This document shows, piece by piece, positions 36,658 to 47,234 of a DNA stretch of 64,000 nucleotides. The notes beneath the pieces are model-generated. The model made no database searches. It was not told the DNA's origin and saw only the letters and a program-made list of their open reading frames with translations. The stretch is taken from positions 28,200 to 92,199 of IMG/VR virus record IMGVR_UViG_3300046459_000548, one strand, 5' to 3'. The stretch is from a virus. The translations under genes and the position numbers were made by a program. How positions within the stretch are numbered: position 1 is the stretch's first letter; each line of letters begins with the position of its first letter.

Positions 36658-36993
36658 ATGGTAGTGGCTGCACGCTTCAAGGCGTCCTACAGCGGCGTCG
36701 GACAGTTGCTGCGCTCAGACATGATGGAACGGGAGATGCTCCGCCGCGCCAACCTGATCAGGAACGTCGCGGAGGGTATTGCGCCGGTCGGCACCCCTCC
36801 GGGTGATCCTCACCCGGGTGTCTACAAGGCGGCGATCGTGGTTGCGTCGACGAAGCGCGGCGGGCGGCGCCGGGACCGGGCCGCGGCCACGGTCACGAAC
36901 ACCGCCTACTACGCCCGGTGGGTCGAGTACGGCACCGAACGCGTCCCCGCCCATCACGTGATGCTGCGCGCCGCCCAAGCAGGGGGTCGCTGA
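36658..36993 (+). CDS. HK97 gp10-like neck/tail-completion protein
   Basis: APV...HPGVYK...YARWVEYGT; RBS GAGGAGG. Confidence 0.82.
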   Translation: MVVAARFKASYSGVGQLLRSDMMEREMLRRANLIRNVAEGIAPVGTPPGDPHPGVYKAAIVVASTKRGGRRRDRAAATVTNTAYYARWVEYGTERVPAHHVMLRAAQAGGR

Positions 36994-37385
36994 TGGCCGA
37001 TGTCGGCAGCGTGGACATCGAAGTCGAGCTGGTGGCCTGGCTGGGCGGCGAACTGGATGTGCGCGTCCTCACCGAACTCCCCCCGACTCTCACCGACATC
37101 CTTCCCGTGCTCCTCGTGCAGCGCGTGGGAGGTGACGACGACACGTTCCGCCTGGACAGGGCACTGGTCGATGTGGACGCCTACGCTGCAACGCGGGCCG
37201 AAGCCGCCGCGCTGGCGGGGAGCGCCCGAAGCCACCTGGTGGCCGCGTTGCGTGGCGTCCGCACGACGAACGCGGTGTTCGGGCGCGTGAGCACGGTGCA
37301 GGCGCCCGCGTGGCGCCCCTACGAGAACACGAACCTGCGCCGTATCGGCGCCACCTACGAGATCTTCTTCCATCCGGTCTCCTGA
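36993..37385 (+). CDS. Tail terminator
   Basis: VQRVGG...DRALVDVDAYA; position before the tail tube gene. Confidence 0.82.
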   Translation: MADVGSVDIEVELVAWLGGELDVRVLTELPPTLTDILPVLLVQRVGGDDDTFRLDRALVDVDAYAATRAEAAALAGSARSHLVAALRGVRTTNAVFGRVSTVQAPAWRPYENTNLRRIGATYEIFFHPVS

Positions 37386-37466
37386 CCGCCTGATTGGGCC
37401 CGCGCCGGACCCCTTTCCCCTCGACCCCGCCGATGTGCGGGGTTTACGCATGTTGGGAGACCCTTC

Positions 37467-38051
37467 ATGGTCAACATCACACGGTCGTCGGATCTGACCG
37501 TCATCGGAAGCAATGGCGCCGGCTGGGTGGCGGACGTCGGCACGACCGCACCCGCGAGCCCGCTGGTGCAGCCCGTCTCCCCGTGGGAGCCGCTCGGCGC
37601 CATCAGCGACAACGGCCTCGTGTACGGCTTCAACGAGTCCTCGCAGGAGTTCACGCCGTGGGGTCTGACCTCCCCGTTCCGGCGCACGATCACCAAGAGC
37701 GAGCGCACGTTCAAGATGAACCTGTGGGAGACGGCCCGCACCACCGTCCAGTCGATCATGTACCGGATTCCGGAGGGCGACCTCGCACCGTCCGCCGGCA
37801 AGACCACCTACGCCGAAACCGCCAGCCCGAGCGTCGACCGCCGCGCCTGGTGGTTCGTCGTCCTCGACGGATCGTCCGCCCGCGGGTTCTACGTCCCGCA
37901 GGGAGAAGTCTCCGACCGCTCCGACGTGACGTTCAAGCAGGACGAGCTCAGCGGCTACGAGATCACCATCACCGCGTACCCGGACACCGCCGGGAACACC
38001 GTCTACCACACCGACATCATCCCAGCGACGCCCGTCTACACCGGCTCCTGA
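37467..38051 (+). CDS. Major tail (tube) protein
   Basis: LGAISDNGL...PWG...GYEITITAYPD; C-terminus ...PVYTGS. Confidence 0.9.
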   Translation: MVNITRSSDLTVIGSNGAGWVADVGTTAPASPLVQPVSPWEPLGAISDNGLVYGFNESSQEFTPWGLTSPFRRTITKSERTFKMNLWETARTTVQSIMYRIPEGDLAPSAGKTTYAETASPSVDRRAWWFVVLDGSSARGFYVPQGEVSDRSDVTFKQDELSGYEITITAYPDTAGNTVYHTDIIPATPVYTGS

Positions 38052-38145
38052 CCGGGCCCTTCAACTGGTGGGTGGGTCGCCCTGGCGCGGGCCCGACCCA
38101 CCCACCATCAACCCTGCCCGCGCCAGATGAAGGAGGCCCGCGCCG

Positions 38146-38577
38146 ATGACCACAACGTCCCGCCCCGCCCGCCCGGGGCGCGCCATGCCGCACAACTCCG
38201 CGCCGCGTCCCACCGCGGTACGCGTGACGGAGGAACAAGAGGACGACTTCGAGGAGGAGACCAGCGCCGCCGAGGCGCAGGAACTCGAAGCCGACACCGA
38301 CGGCCACTACGTGACGGCTACGCTCGCCGGGGAGCCGATCCGCATCATCCCGCCCGGCGCATGGCGCCAGTCCTGGCAGACGAAGCTCGCCCGAGGCCAG
38401 TTCAACGCTTTCGCGGAGGAAGTCGTCCACCCCGACGACCTCGACCTCTACTTCGACATCGACCCGACCAACGACGAGTTCGAGCAGTTCGTGACGGACG
38501 CGGCGAACATGTCGGGTGAGAGCCTGGGGAAATCGCGTGGACCCTCTCGGTCCTCCAGGCGCACGCGGAAGCGGTAG
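38146..38577 (+). CDS. Tail assembly chaperone (G)
   Basis: Lies between tube and tape measure; ends GESLGKS... Confidence 0.85.
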   Translation: MTTTSRPARPGRAMPHNSAPRPTAVRVTEEQEDDFEEETSAAEAQELEADTDGHYVTATLAGEPIRIIPPGAWRQSWQTKLARGQFNAFAEEVVHPDDLDLYFDIDPTNDEFEQFVTDAANMSGESLGKSRGPSRSSRRTRKR

Positions 38578-38987
38578 AGGCAGACCTGGCCCGCTACTAC
38601 CCGGGCATGGACGTCCTCGACGTGCACCGGGGCCGGATGTCATGGCGGCGCCTGCGTGTACTGATCCAGCACCTGCCGCCGGAATCCGCCACCATGACAG
38701 CGCTGCGGAACTCCCTACCGGAAGAGGAACTGGCGGAACAGGCAGACAAGGGCGAGCCGGAGAAGAGCCGCTGGTCGCAGCTGGAACAGCTGGTGGCTGG
38801 ACTGCTGGATGCCACGCGACGAGTCGAGTACGTGCTGATCCTCGCGAATTCAGAAGGCAACTCGAGGAAGCCTGATCCACCGGAGCCGGTACGCCGTCCC
38901 GGCGCCAAGCCCCGCAGGCCGAAGATCGCGATCACTGACGAGGGCGCGGAGTTCCTCTTCCAACTGATCAACGGAGGCGCCGCGTAG
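38146..38987 (+). CDS. Tail assembly chaperone GT via -1 frameshift at GGGGAAA (38526-38532)
   Basis: The -1 frame reads EIAWTLSVLQAHAEAVEADLARYYPGMDVL...SWRRLRVLIQHLPPES to 38987. Confidence 0.82.
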
Positions 38988-39008
38988 CGCCACGGGAGGG
39001 GGCCTTCC

Positions 39009-42000
39009 GTGGCGATCACAGTCGGTTCGGTTGAAGTCGATGTCATCCCCAACACGCAGGGCATCTATCAGCGCCTGCGTGCGGGAATCGTTCCGGCGGC
39101 CACCCGGGCTGGCGAAGACGCGGGCAGTGCAGCAGGCCGGGCGTTCGGCCCGGCGATGCAGGGCCAGGTCAACAGTGTCGGGCTCCGGATCGGCGAGGAG
39201 ATCGGGCAGCAGATCGCTTCCCGGATCACCGCATCCTTGCGGGATGCGATCCGCAGCGGCGTCACGACGGGCGGACAGACGGCGCGCCCGGCGGCGACCC
39301 GGCAGGGTGACGAGACCGGGGGCGCGTTCTCCCGGGCACTGAAGGCCCGCCTGGAGGCGGCCTTCCGGTCGCTGCCGCGCGCAGATATACGGATCGGCGA
39401 CGCCGGATTCGACACGGACATGGCCCGGCTGCGGGCCCGCATCGAAACGCTGTCCGGCAAGCGCATCGGGATCGACGTGACCGCCGAGGCGGCCAAGGCC
39501 GAGATCACCGCCATTGAGGAACGGCTGCGGCGTCTTGGCGCGGAGCACCCGAATGTTCAGGTCCGGGCGGACACGGCCGCCGCCCTGGCGCAACTGGCGG
39601 CAGTGCGGGCGCAGATCGACGGCGTCGACGGCGATACCGCCCATGCCCGGGTGGACATTGACACCTCGGGCGCCATGTCGGCGATCTTCCAGCTGACGGT
39701 TGCATTGGCTGGCGTCGCTGCGATTCCAGCGATTCCCGTGCTCGGCGCCGGCCTTGGCGCTCTGGCGTCGTCGGCGGTCGCCGCAGGAGCGGGTGTCGGC
39801 GCGCTGGCGGCGGTGGCGATCCCTGCGATCTCGGGGATTCGGGCAGCGTTGACGGCACAGACTGCGGCTCAGCAGGCCGCATCGACGGCCAACGCCAGTG
39901 CCGGTCAGTCGAGTTCTCAGGCCGCCAGCAAGGCCCTTCAGCTCGCCGGTGCACAACAGTCCCTGGCGACCGCCGAACGCAACGGTGCGAACCAGATCGC
40001 CCAGGCCCAGCAGCAGGTGAAGCAGGCCAGGCAGGGCGTCTCGGATGCCATCGCGCAGGCCGCACAGCGGACCCAGCAGGCCGAACGGCAGGTCCAGGAC
40101 GCCGAGAGGGCTCTCACGCAGGCGCAGAAGGATGCGACGCAGGCGCAGTTGGACCTGACGGCGGCCCGCAAGCAGGCCGTCCGTGACCTGCAGGACATGA
40201 ACAACAACCTCGCGGACGCCCAGCTGTCACAGCGCGACGCGATGCTTCAGGTTCAGGAAGCGAAGACCAGCCTCGATGCGACCCTGGCGAACCCGAAGGC
40301 CACCGAACTGCAGCGGCAGCAAGCCCAGCTGCAGTACGACCAGGCCGTCCAGCACCTTAAGGAGCAGCAGCTCCAGACGAAGCGCCTCCAGTCGGACACG
40401 GCAGCCGCCAACAAGGCGGGCGTCAACGGCTCGGCGTCAGTGAAGACGGCGCAGGACAAGGTGGCCGCGGCGCAGCAGACCGTTGCGGACCGCACGCGGG
40501 CCCTTCGTGATGCGCAGGTCAACCAGGCGCAGGTGGCGACGCAGAACGCCCGCGCCATCGCCGACGCCCAGCAGAAGGTGGCGACGGCGGAGAAGAACGT
40601 GGCGACCGCCCAGCAGAACGCCGCCGACTCGATCGCCTCCGCACAGCGCCAGATCCAGCAGGCTCAGCTGTCGACCGCGTCGACGGCGAGCAAGGCGGAG
40701 ACGGCGCAGTCCAAGTATCAGGCAGCGCTGGCGAAGCTGACGCCGGCGGCCCGCGGCACGTTCGACGCGTTCCTTGCTTTGCGGGCCGCGTTCAAGAGCT
40801 GGTCGGAATCCTTGCAGCCGCAGGTGATGCCGCTGTTTACGCGTGCTCTGGTGAGTCTGCGGAACACGTTGCCGACCCTGACATTGTTCGTGAAGGGTGC
40901 AGTCGACGCCATCAAGGAGCTTCAGGATCGGGTGTCGGCTTCGGTGAAGTCCCCGTTCTGGCAGGGCTTCAAGAAGGATCTGCAGGGCTCGGTGAAGCCG
41001 GCCATCGTCGGCCTCGGGGTGGCGTTCGGGAACGTCATCACGGGCATGGCGGGCATTATCGACGCCTTCCTGCCGCACATGGACGGGATCTCGGGCGGCC
41101 TGCAGCGGATTACCGGCAAGTTCGCCGACTGGGGCACCTCCCTGAAGGGGTCTCCTGCGTTCGAGCGGTTCTTGCAGTACGCGGCACAAGAGGCACCGAA
41201 ACTCGGGGCGGCCCTGGGGCAGATCGCCACGGCGTTCCTTGCGGTGGGCACGGCGATCGCACCCTTGTCCGGACCAGCATTGGCGATCATTACGGCGCTG
41301 GCGTCGGGCATCGCTTCACTGGCCACGACCATGCCGGGCCTGGTGCAGCTGATGTACGCCACGTATGTGGCGACTCGGCTGGTGACGATCGCGCAGTTCG
41401 CCTACAACACGGCGCTGGGGGTCTACCGAGCCGGGGTGGTGCTGGCAACGCTTCTGACGGAGGGCTGGGCCGCCGCGATCGTAGCGGCCAACTTGGCATT
41501 CGATGCAAACCCGATCGTTGTGGTCGTCGGCATTATCGTCGCCGTGCTGGCGGCGCTGGTGCTCGCGGTCATCTACGCCTGGAATCACTTCACATGGTTC
41601 CGTGACGCGGTCAAGGCCGTTTGGACGGCAATCCAGATCGCCGCCCTGTGGGCGTGGCAGAACGTCCTCCAGCCCGTGTTCAACGCGATCTGGGGCGCCC
41701 TGAAGTCGGTTGGCGACAAGGCCGTCTGGCTGTGGCGAAACGTCCTCGTACCGGCGTTTTCGGCGATCGCCCTAGCCGCCAGGATCCTCATCACGGCGAT
41801 CCTGGTGATCCTCATCCTCCCCTGGGTGCTGGCGTTCAAGCTGGTTGCGACCGTTGCAACGTGGCTGTGGGCACACGCCATCAAGCCTGCCTTCGACGCT
41901 ATCGGCGCTGCAGCCGGCTGGCTGTGGAGGAATGCGATCTCACCTTCTCTCCACGGGATCGCCGACTTGGCGCACTGGCTGTACAACACGGCGATCAGGC

Positions 42001-43607
42001 CGGTGGGGAGCGTGATCCAAACCGCCCTGCATGCCGTGGGCAACGCTGGGACATGGCTGTGGAGGAATGCGATCTCGCCCGCGGTTCACGGCATCTCGGA
42101 TGCTGCGCACTGGCTGTACGACAAGGCAATCAAGCCCGTCTTCGGTGCGATCAGCACAGTCATCGACGGCACTTGGCGGAACGGGATCAAGCCGGTCTTC
42201 GACCTGCTGAAGACGGCGGTCGGGAAGGTCGCCGATTCCTTCGAGACCGCCCGCAAGACCATCAAGACGGCCTGGGACAAGCTCGAAGACATCGCGAAGA
42301 AGCCCGTCAACTTCATCATCGACGTCGTCTACAACAAAGGCATCGTCGGAGTCTGGAACAAGATCGCTGGAGCGTTTGGTGCCCCCACGCTGAAGACGTT
42401 CCAGTTCGCCACGGGCGGCATCATGCCTGGCTACACGCCCGGGCGGGACGTGCATCAATTCGTCTCGCCCACGGGTGGGGCGCTGGAACTGTCCGGCGGC
42501 GAGGCCATCATGCGGCCCGAGTTCACCCGGGCCGTCGGCTCCGGCTTCGTCGGTGCGATGAACTCGATCGCCAAGTCCCGGGGCGAGCAGGGTGTTAAGG
42601 CGGCGCTCGCCCCCGTGTTCGGGGGGAACCCGAGCACCCCGACCGACCGGTCGCTGAAGTACGCGGATGGCGGCCTGGTGCAGCGTTTCGGGGACGGTGG
42701 CATCTTCGGCTGGATCAGCTCCGCCGCGTCTGCCGTGAAGGGCGTCGGGAGCGCTGCCTGGAACGGCATCAAGAAGGGCGCAAGCTGGCTCGCGGACACC
42801 CTGGAGGCGTCGGCGCGAGCCGGGGTCAAGCACGTCGTCGACCCGCTACTCTCCCAGTTCCCCGGCATGGACACCGGGTTCGGCAAGATGATCCGCCACA
42901 TCCCGACACACATGATCGACGCCCTGTTCGGCTACTCGAAGGAGTCCGACAAGAAGGGCGGCGGCGGGCTCGGCGGCCCGAAGATCCAGAGCGCTCTGAA
43001 CTGGGCCAAAACCCAAGCCGGCCTGCCCTACCAGTGGGCCGGTAACGGCAACCCGTCGTGGGACTGCAGCGGGTTCATGTCGGCGATCGAGTCCGTAATC
43101 CGCGGCCAGAAGCCGCACCGCCGTTGGGCCACGGGCGCATTCTCCGGCGAGACGGCACCGCCCGGGTGGGTCCTGCACGGCAACAGCCCGTTCCGCATCG
43201 GCATCACGAATGCGGGCGTCGGGCACACCGCAGGCACGCTCGGCAAAACGAACGTGGAGTCCAGGGGCGGTGCGGGCGTCATCGTCGGCAGCCGAGCCCG
43301 CGGATACAAGGACAGCCTGTTCACAGACTGGTACGGATTCCAGCCGGGCAAGTACGACTCGGGCGGCTACCTGCAGCCGGGGATGAATCTGGCGTTCAAC
43401 GGGACCGGGCGGCCCGAGCCCGTGTTCACGTCCGCGCAGGCAAAGGCGCTCACATCGATGGCCGCCCATGGCACATCCGGGCCGGCGAGCTTCGAAGGCG
43501 ACCTGTATCTCGACAGCGGCGAATTCCTCGGGAAGGTCCGCGGTGAAGCCCAGCAGGTCATGCAGCAGGGGCAGCGGGACCTGATGTCCGTCATCAACGC
43601 GAGCTGA
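39009..43607 (+). CDS. Tape measure protein with C-terminal NlpC/P60 peptidase
   Basis: 1532 aa; Gln/Ala coiled coil, Trp-periodic repeats, PYQWAG...WDCSGF...GHT. Confidence 0.93.
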   Translation: MAITVGSVEVDVIPNTQGIYQRLRAGIVPAATRAGEDAGSAAGRAFGPAMQGQVNSVGLRIGEEIGQQIASRITASLRDAIRSGVTTGGQTARPAATRQGDETGGAFSRALKARLEAAFRSLPRADIRIGDAGFDTDMARLRARIETLSGKRIGIDVTAEAAKAEITAIEERLRRLGAEHPNVQVRADTAAALAQLAAVRAQIDGVDGDTAHARVDIDTSGAMSAIFQLTVALAGVAAIPAIPVLGAGLGALASSAVAAGAGVGALAAVAIPAISGIRAALTAQTAAQQAASTANASAGQSSSQAASKALQLAGAQQSLATAERNGANQIAQAQQQVKQARQGVSDAIAQAAQRTQQAERQVQDAERALTQAQKDATQAQLDLTAARKQAVRDLQDMNNNLADAQLSQRDAMLQVQEAKTSLDATLANPKATELQRQQAQLQYDQAVQHLKEQQLQTKRLQSDTAAANKAGVNGSASVKTAQDKVAAAQQTVADRTRALRDAQVNQAQVATQNARAIADAQQKVATAEKNVATAQQNAADSIASAQRQIQQAQLSTASTASKAETAQSKYQAALAKLTPAARGTFDAFLALRAAFKSWSESLQPQVMPLFTRALVSLRNTLPTLTLFVKGAVDAIKELQDRVSASVKSPFWQGFKKDLQGSVKPAIVGLGVAFGNVITGMAGIIDAFLPHMDGISGGLQRITGKFADWGTSLKGSPAFERFLQYAAQEAPKLGAALGQIATAFLAVGTAIAPLSGPALAIITALASGIASLATTMPGLVQLMYATYVATRLVTIAQFAYNTALGVYRAGVVLATLLTEGWAAAIVAANLAFDANPIVVVVGIIVAVLAALVLAVIYAWNHFTWFRDAVKAVWTAIQIAALWAWQNVLQPVFNAIWGALKSVGDKAVWLWRNVLVPAFSAIALAARILITAILVILILPWVLAFKLVATVATWLWAHAIKPAFDAIGAAAGWLWRNAISPSLHGIADLAHWLYNTAIRPVGSVIQTALHAVGNAGTWLWRNAISPAVHGISDAAHWLYDKAIKPVFGAISTVIDGTWRNGIKPVFDLLKTAVGKVADSFETARKTIKTAWDKLEDIAKKPVNFIIDVVYNKGIVGVWNKIAGAFGAPTLKTFQFATGGIMPGYTPGRDVHQFVSPTGGALELSGGEAIMRPEFTRAVGSGFVGAMNSIAKSRGEQGVKAALAPVFGGNPSTPTDRSLKYADGGLVQRFGDGGIFGWISSAASAVKGVGSAAWNGIKKGASWLADTLEASARAGVKHVVDPLLSQFPGMDTGFGKMIRHIPTHMIDALFGYSKESDKKGGGGLGGPKIQSALNWAKTQAGLPYQWAGNGNPSWDCSGFMSAIESVIRGQKPHRRWATGAFSGETAPPGWVLHGNSPFRIGITNAGVGHTAGTLGKTNVESRGGAGVIVGSRARGYKDSLFTDWYGFQPGKYDSGGYLQPGMNLAFNGTGRPEPVFTSAQAKALTSMAAHGTSGPASFEGDLYLDSGEFLGKVRGEAQQVMQQGQRDLMSVINAS

Positions 43608-43620
43608 GGAGGTTTCTGTC

Positions 43621-45861
43621 TTGGCGATCCCCGGGAACCTCCTCTCCGCGACGACGGAGTCCATCGACCCGAACACCAGCGGCTGGACAGCGAAGCTCAA
43701 CTGCACGATCACCCAGGGCGTCGGAGGCCGTAACGGCAACGGCTGCCTCGCCGTGAAGTCGACAGCGGCCGGGGAGATGCAGGCCCGCACCGTCTCCGCG
43801 TACCCCGTCACCACGAGCACCGTCTACTACGCGTTCTCCGACACCGCCGGGGTCGTGTCGGAGCGGATCGGGATCCGCTGGCTGAACTCCTCCGGCACCG
43901 AGGTCGGCATCACCTGGTCGGTCGCCACGACGGGATCCTCCTCGGGCTGGCACCGCGTCAGCGTCGCCGGGGCCGCCCCGAACGGCGCCACGCAAGCGCA
44001 GGTGCTGCTGTCGTCGACCGAGACGGCGGCAAACGTCTACCACTACTGGGAGAACGTCTACCTCGGCCAACCGATCAGCACGACCGGCAACCTGCTGCCG
44101 TTCAACACCGAGTCCGCCGAGGTCGACACCACCTCGTGGGCGGCGGTCGTCAACGCGACCATCTCCCGCCAGGTGCCCGTGGTGCAGTGGGCCGTCGACA
44201 ACTACCTGGCCGGCGGTCACACGCTGGCGATGACGGCGATGGCCGCAGGAAACGCGTCGATCCTCGCCGTCGACCGGCCGACCGTGACGCCGGGCGTCGA
44301 CTACCTCGCCTACGCCTACCTGCAGCCGCCCGTCCTCACGGCCACAGCGTGGATCGAACTGCGCTACTACGACGCCAACGGCAACCAGATCAGCGCAACC
44401 CGCGGCACCCTCGCACCACCCGCCACCGGCATGTACCGGCAGCGCGCCTCCGCCGTAGCCCCAGCGAACGCGGCGACCTGCTCGATCGCGGCCGGCCTGG
44501 ACGGTGCGTCGGCGGGGCAGGTGCTACGCCTGGAGACCGTAGTCGTCACGGCGGCACCCAAGTTCGCCGCCGGCTCGGTCCTCACCTACAGCGCCGCCAG
44601 CTTCGAGCAGGCCGGAACATCCGGCTGGACGACCGCATCCGGGGTGGCCAGCCTGGCGCGGACCACGCCGTGGGGTGCGAGCTTTTTCGAGGGCGCCTAC
44701 GCACTCGCCATCACCTCGACGACAGCGACGATCTCCACGGTCCGCTCCGGCAGATTCCCTCTCGGTAGCGGCGCCGACGGGCTGAACTTCCGGGTACAGG
44801 TCATCGATCATCCGGCGGCCGGGTCGTGGGGGAGCGCGACGGTCAAGGTCCGGTGGTATGACGCGGCTGACACGGATCTCGGCGCGAGCACAGGCACCTC
44901 GTATGCGGTAGCGGGGTCGGGCTGGTATGTACTCTCATCCGACGCCGTCGCGCCGACGGGCGCCACGCAGGCCGCCGTTGAGATGGTTGTCGCCGCATCG
45001 GCCACGAACTCGGTGCTGCACATCGACCAGGTCGCCCTGTGGCAGGTGATGCCGCAGACCGCCGTCGAAGCGGTCGACGACGGCGGCTACATCGCGGTGA
45101 CGCTGCGGGAACTTCCGCTCGACTTCCTGATCAGCGTGTTCCGGGTTGCCCCCGACGGGTCACGCACCCTCGTGCGCGGCGCCTCGGGACTCATCGACCA
45201 CCAGGTCATCACCTCCGACCTGATGGTCCTTGAAGACCATGAGGCCCCGATCGGTGTGCCCCTCAACTACCGCATCGAAATCCACAATTCTGACGGCTCC
45301 CTCGCCTCGACGCGCGCGTCGGACGCAGTGACCCTGATCCTCGCCGACGTCAACGAGGCGTGGCTGAAAGATCCCGGGAACCCGCAGCGGGCCTGCCGCG
45401 TGGTGGTGCAGCACGCACCGGACTGGCAGCGACCCATCGAACAGACCGTTCACCGGGTGCGCGGCCGACGCAACGCCATCGTTCTCAGCAGCGTGCGCGG
45501 CGGCCTCGAAGGCGACCTCGCCATCTGGACCAGGTCCGACGAGGAACGCGACGCCCTCCACCTGCTGCTCGACTCCGGCAACGTCCTGCTGTGGCAGGCC
45601 AATCCCGGCATGGGCGTCGACGACATGTACGTCAACGTCGCCGCCGCAACCGAAGCCCGCACTGCTGGCGTTCTGGCGCAGGACCCGTTCCGGGCGTGGA
45701 CGCTGCCCCTCACGCAGGCCGCCATGCCCGTCACCACGGCCGTCAACGGCGCGGCAGGCAGAACGTGGCAGGACATACTCACCCAGTTCGACACGTGGGC
45801 CGACGTCCGCACCACGTATGGGACGTGGGAGGACGCGTTCCTCGACCACCGGACGGGGTGA
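43621..45861 (+). CDS. Minor tail protein (distal-tail-like, with three carbohydrate-binding-like repeats)
   Basis: Three repeats of NLL...SxE..TSGW...RWY...APxGATQA, then WLKDPGNP...WTLPL; TTG start with GAGGAGG RBS. Confidence 0.82.
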   Translation: MAIPGNLLSATTESIDPNTSGWTAKLNCTITQGVGGRNGNGCLAVKSTAAGEMQARTVSAYPVTTSTVYYAFSDTAGVVSERIGIRWLNSSGTEVGITWSVATTGSSSGWHRVSVAGAAPNGATQAQVLLSSTETAANVYHYWENVYLGQPISTTGNLLPFNTESAEVDTTSWAAVVNATISRQVPVVQWAVDNYLAGGHTLAMTAMAAGNASILAVDRPTVTPGVDYLAYAYLQPPVLTATAWIELRYYDANGNQISATRGTLAPPATGMYRQRASAVAPANAATCSIAAGLDGASAGQVLRLETVVVTAAPKFAAGSVLTYSAASFEQAGTSGWTTASGVASLARTTPWGASFFEGAYALAITSTTATISTVRSGRFPLGSGADGLNFRVQVIDHPAAGSWGSATVKVRWYDAADTDLGASTGTSYAVAGSGWYVLSSDAVAPTGATQAAVEMVVAASATNSVLHIDQVALWQVMPQTAVEAVDDGGYIAVTLRELPLDFLISVFRVAPDGSRTLVRGASGLIDHQVITSDLMVLEDHEAPIGVPLNYRIEIHNSDGSLASTRASDAVTLILADVNEAWLKDPGNPQRACRVVVQHAPDWQRPIEQTVHRVRGRRNAIVLSSVRGGLEGDLAIWTRSDEERDALHLLLDSGNVLLWQANPGMGVDDMYVNVAAATEARTAGVLAQDPFRAWTLPLTQAAMPVTTAVNGAAGRTWQDILTQFDTWADVRTTYGTWEDAFLDHRTG

Positions 45862-45864
45862 TCG

Positions 45865-46956
45865 ATGTACCCGGTCACGGACCGCTTCCTGAAGCGGCTC
45901 GCCGAGTCCCACACACCGATAACCCGCGTGCAACTGTTCCTGACAACCGGCCAGGTCGTAGACCTGGAGCACACCGGCGGATCGGTATCCGTGGACCGTG
46001 CGCAGGCAATCCGCCGCACCTGTACCGTCACCAGCGCCGATGTCGCCCTGATTCCCCGCACGCCAAGCGACGAGCTCGCCACCTACGGGTCCAGGCTGCG
46101 GATAGCGCGCGGCGTCTCCTATGGCGACGGATCCTCGGAGCTGGTGCCGCTCGGCGTGTTCCGCCTCGACTCGGTCGACGGCGACGTCTCCGCCGGCCCG
46201 GTCACGTTGCAAGGAAAATCCCTCGAGTGCATTGTCGCCGACGACAAGTTCACAGAGCCGTACACCGCCACGGGCACCGCGGTCGGCGCAGTGACCGCGC
46301 TGATCAAACGCAGTATTCCGGACGCCGACGTCATCAGTCTCATCACCGACGCACCCATCGGCAGCAGAACGTTCGACCGGCAAGCCGACCCTTGGGCGGG
46401 CGCCCAGGAGATCGCATCCGCCGCGGGCGCCGAGGTGTACGCCAACGCGGACGGCGTGTTCGTCATCGCCACCCTCCCAGACCTGCTGACCACGACGCCC
46501 GTATGGGCGGTCGAAGCGGCCGAGGGTGGCGTCTACATCTCCGGAAACCGGGCCATGGCCTCCGACAGGGTCAACAACGGCATCCTCGCCATCGGCGAAA
46601 ACACCGCCGACAACGTCCTGCCCGTGAGCTACCTGGCCGTCGACAACGACCCCAGCTCGCCCACGTACTGGTACGGGCCGTTCGGCAGGAGGCCAGGCTT
46701 CTACAGCTCCTCCACGCTGATCAGCCTGGCGGCGTGCACTCAGGCCGCGAACCTGCAGCTCGCCAAAGCGAAGGCCCCCAACGCGTCCGGCGACATCTCC
46801 AGCCTCCCGAACCCGGCGCTCGAACCTGGCGACGTCGTCCGCGTCACTCACCCCGACGGCACACGCGAACTCCACCAGATCGCCAGCTTCAGCGTGCCGC
46901 TCGACCCAGGCGGCGACTTCCCCATCACGACGATCTCGGCAAAGGAGGGCACGTGA
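45865..46956 (+). CDS. Minor tail/baseplate hub protein (DUF5047-like)
   Basis: GGSVSVDR...RRT, VPLGVF, GPFGRRP, PNPALEPGDVV. Confidence 0.82.
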   Translation: MYPVTDRFLKRLAESHTPITRVQLFLTTGQVVDLEHTGGSVSVDRAQAIRRTCTVTSADVALIPRTPSDELATYGSRLRIARGVSYGDGSSELVPLGVFRLDSVDGDVSAGPVTLQGKSLECIVADDKFTEPYTATGTAVGAVTALIKRSIPDADVISLITDAPIGSRTFDRQADPWAGAQEIASAAGAEVYANADGVFVIATLPDLLTTTPVWAVEAAEGGVYISGNRAMASDRVNNGILAIGENTADNVLPVSYLAVDNDPSSPTYWYGPFGRRPGFYSSSTLISLAACTQAANLQLAKAKAPNASGDISSLPNPALEPGDVVRVTHPDGTRELHQIASFSVPLDPGGDFPITTISAKEGT

Positions 46957-47219
46957 CACAGTCCGCCCACGGCACACGCCGCGACCTCGCCGACGCCCTC
47001 AAGCGCCAGTCCGTGCGAGCGGGCGCCGAGGCCCCCGCGGTACGGGGTGCGGACTGGCGGCTCGCCACCGTCACCACCGTCGGCACGGACGGCACAGTCA
47101 CCGCGGGCGGCATCAAAGCCCGCCGCCTGAAGTCGTACACCACGCCCGCCGTCGGCGACGTCATCGTCATCAGCCAGTCCAGTAGCGGCAACTGGATCGC
47201 CCTCGGCCCGCTCGCATGA
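46953..47219 (+). CDS. Small tail-tip protein
   Basis: ATVTTV...RRLKSYTTPAVGDVIVI...WIALG; GTGA overlap with the previous gene. Confidence 0.75.
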   Translation: MTQSAHGTRRDLADALKRQSVRAGAEAPAVRGADWRLATVTTVGTDGTVTAGGIKARRLKSYTTPAVGDVIVISQSSSGNWIALGPLA

Positions 47220-47234
47220 CCTGAAAGGGGCAGC

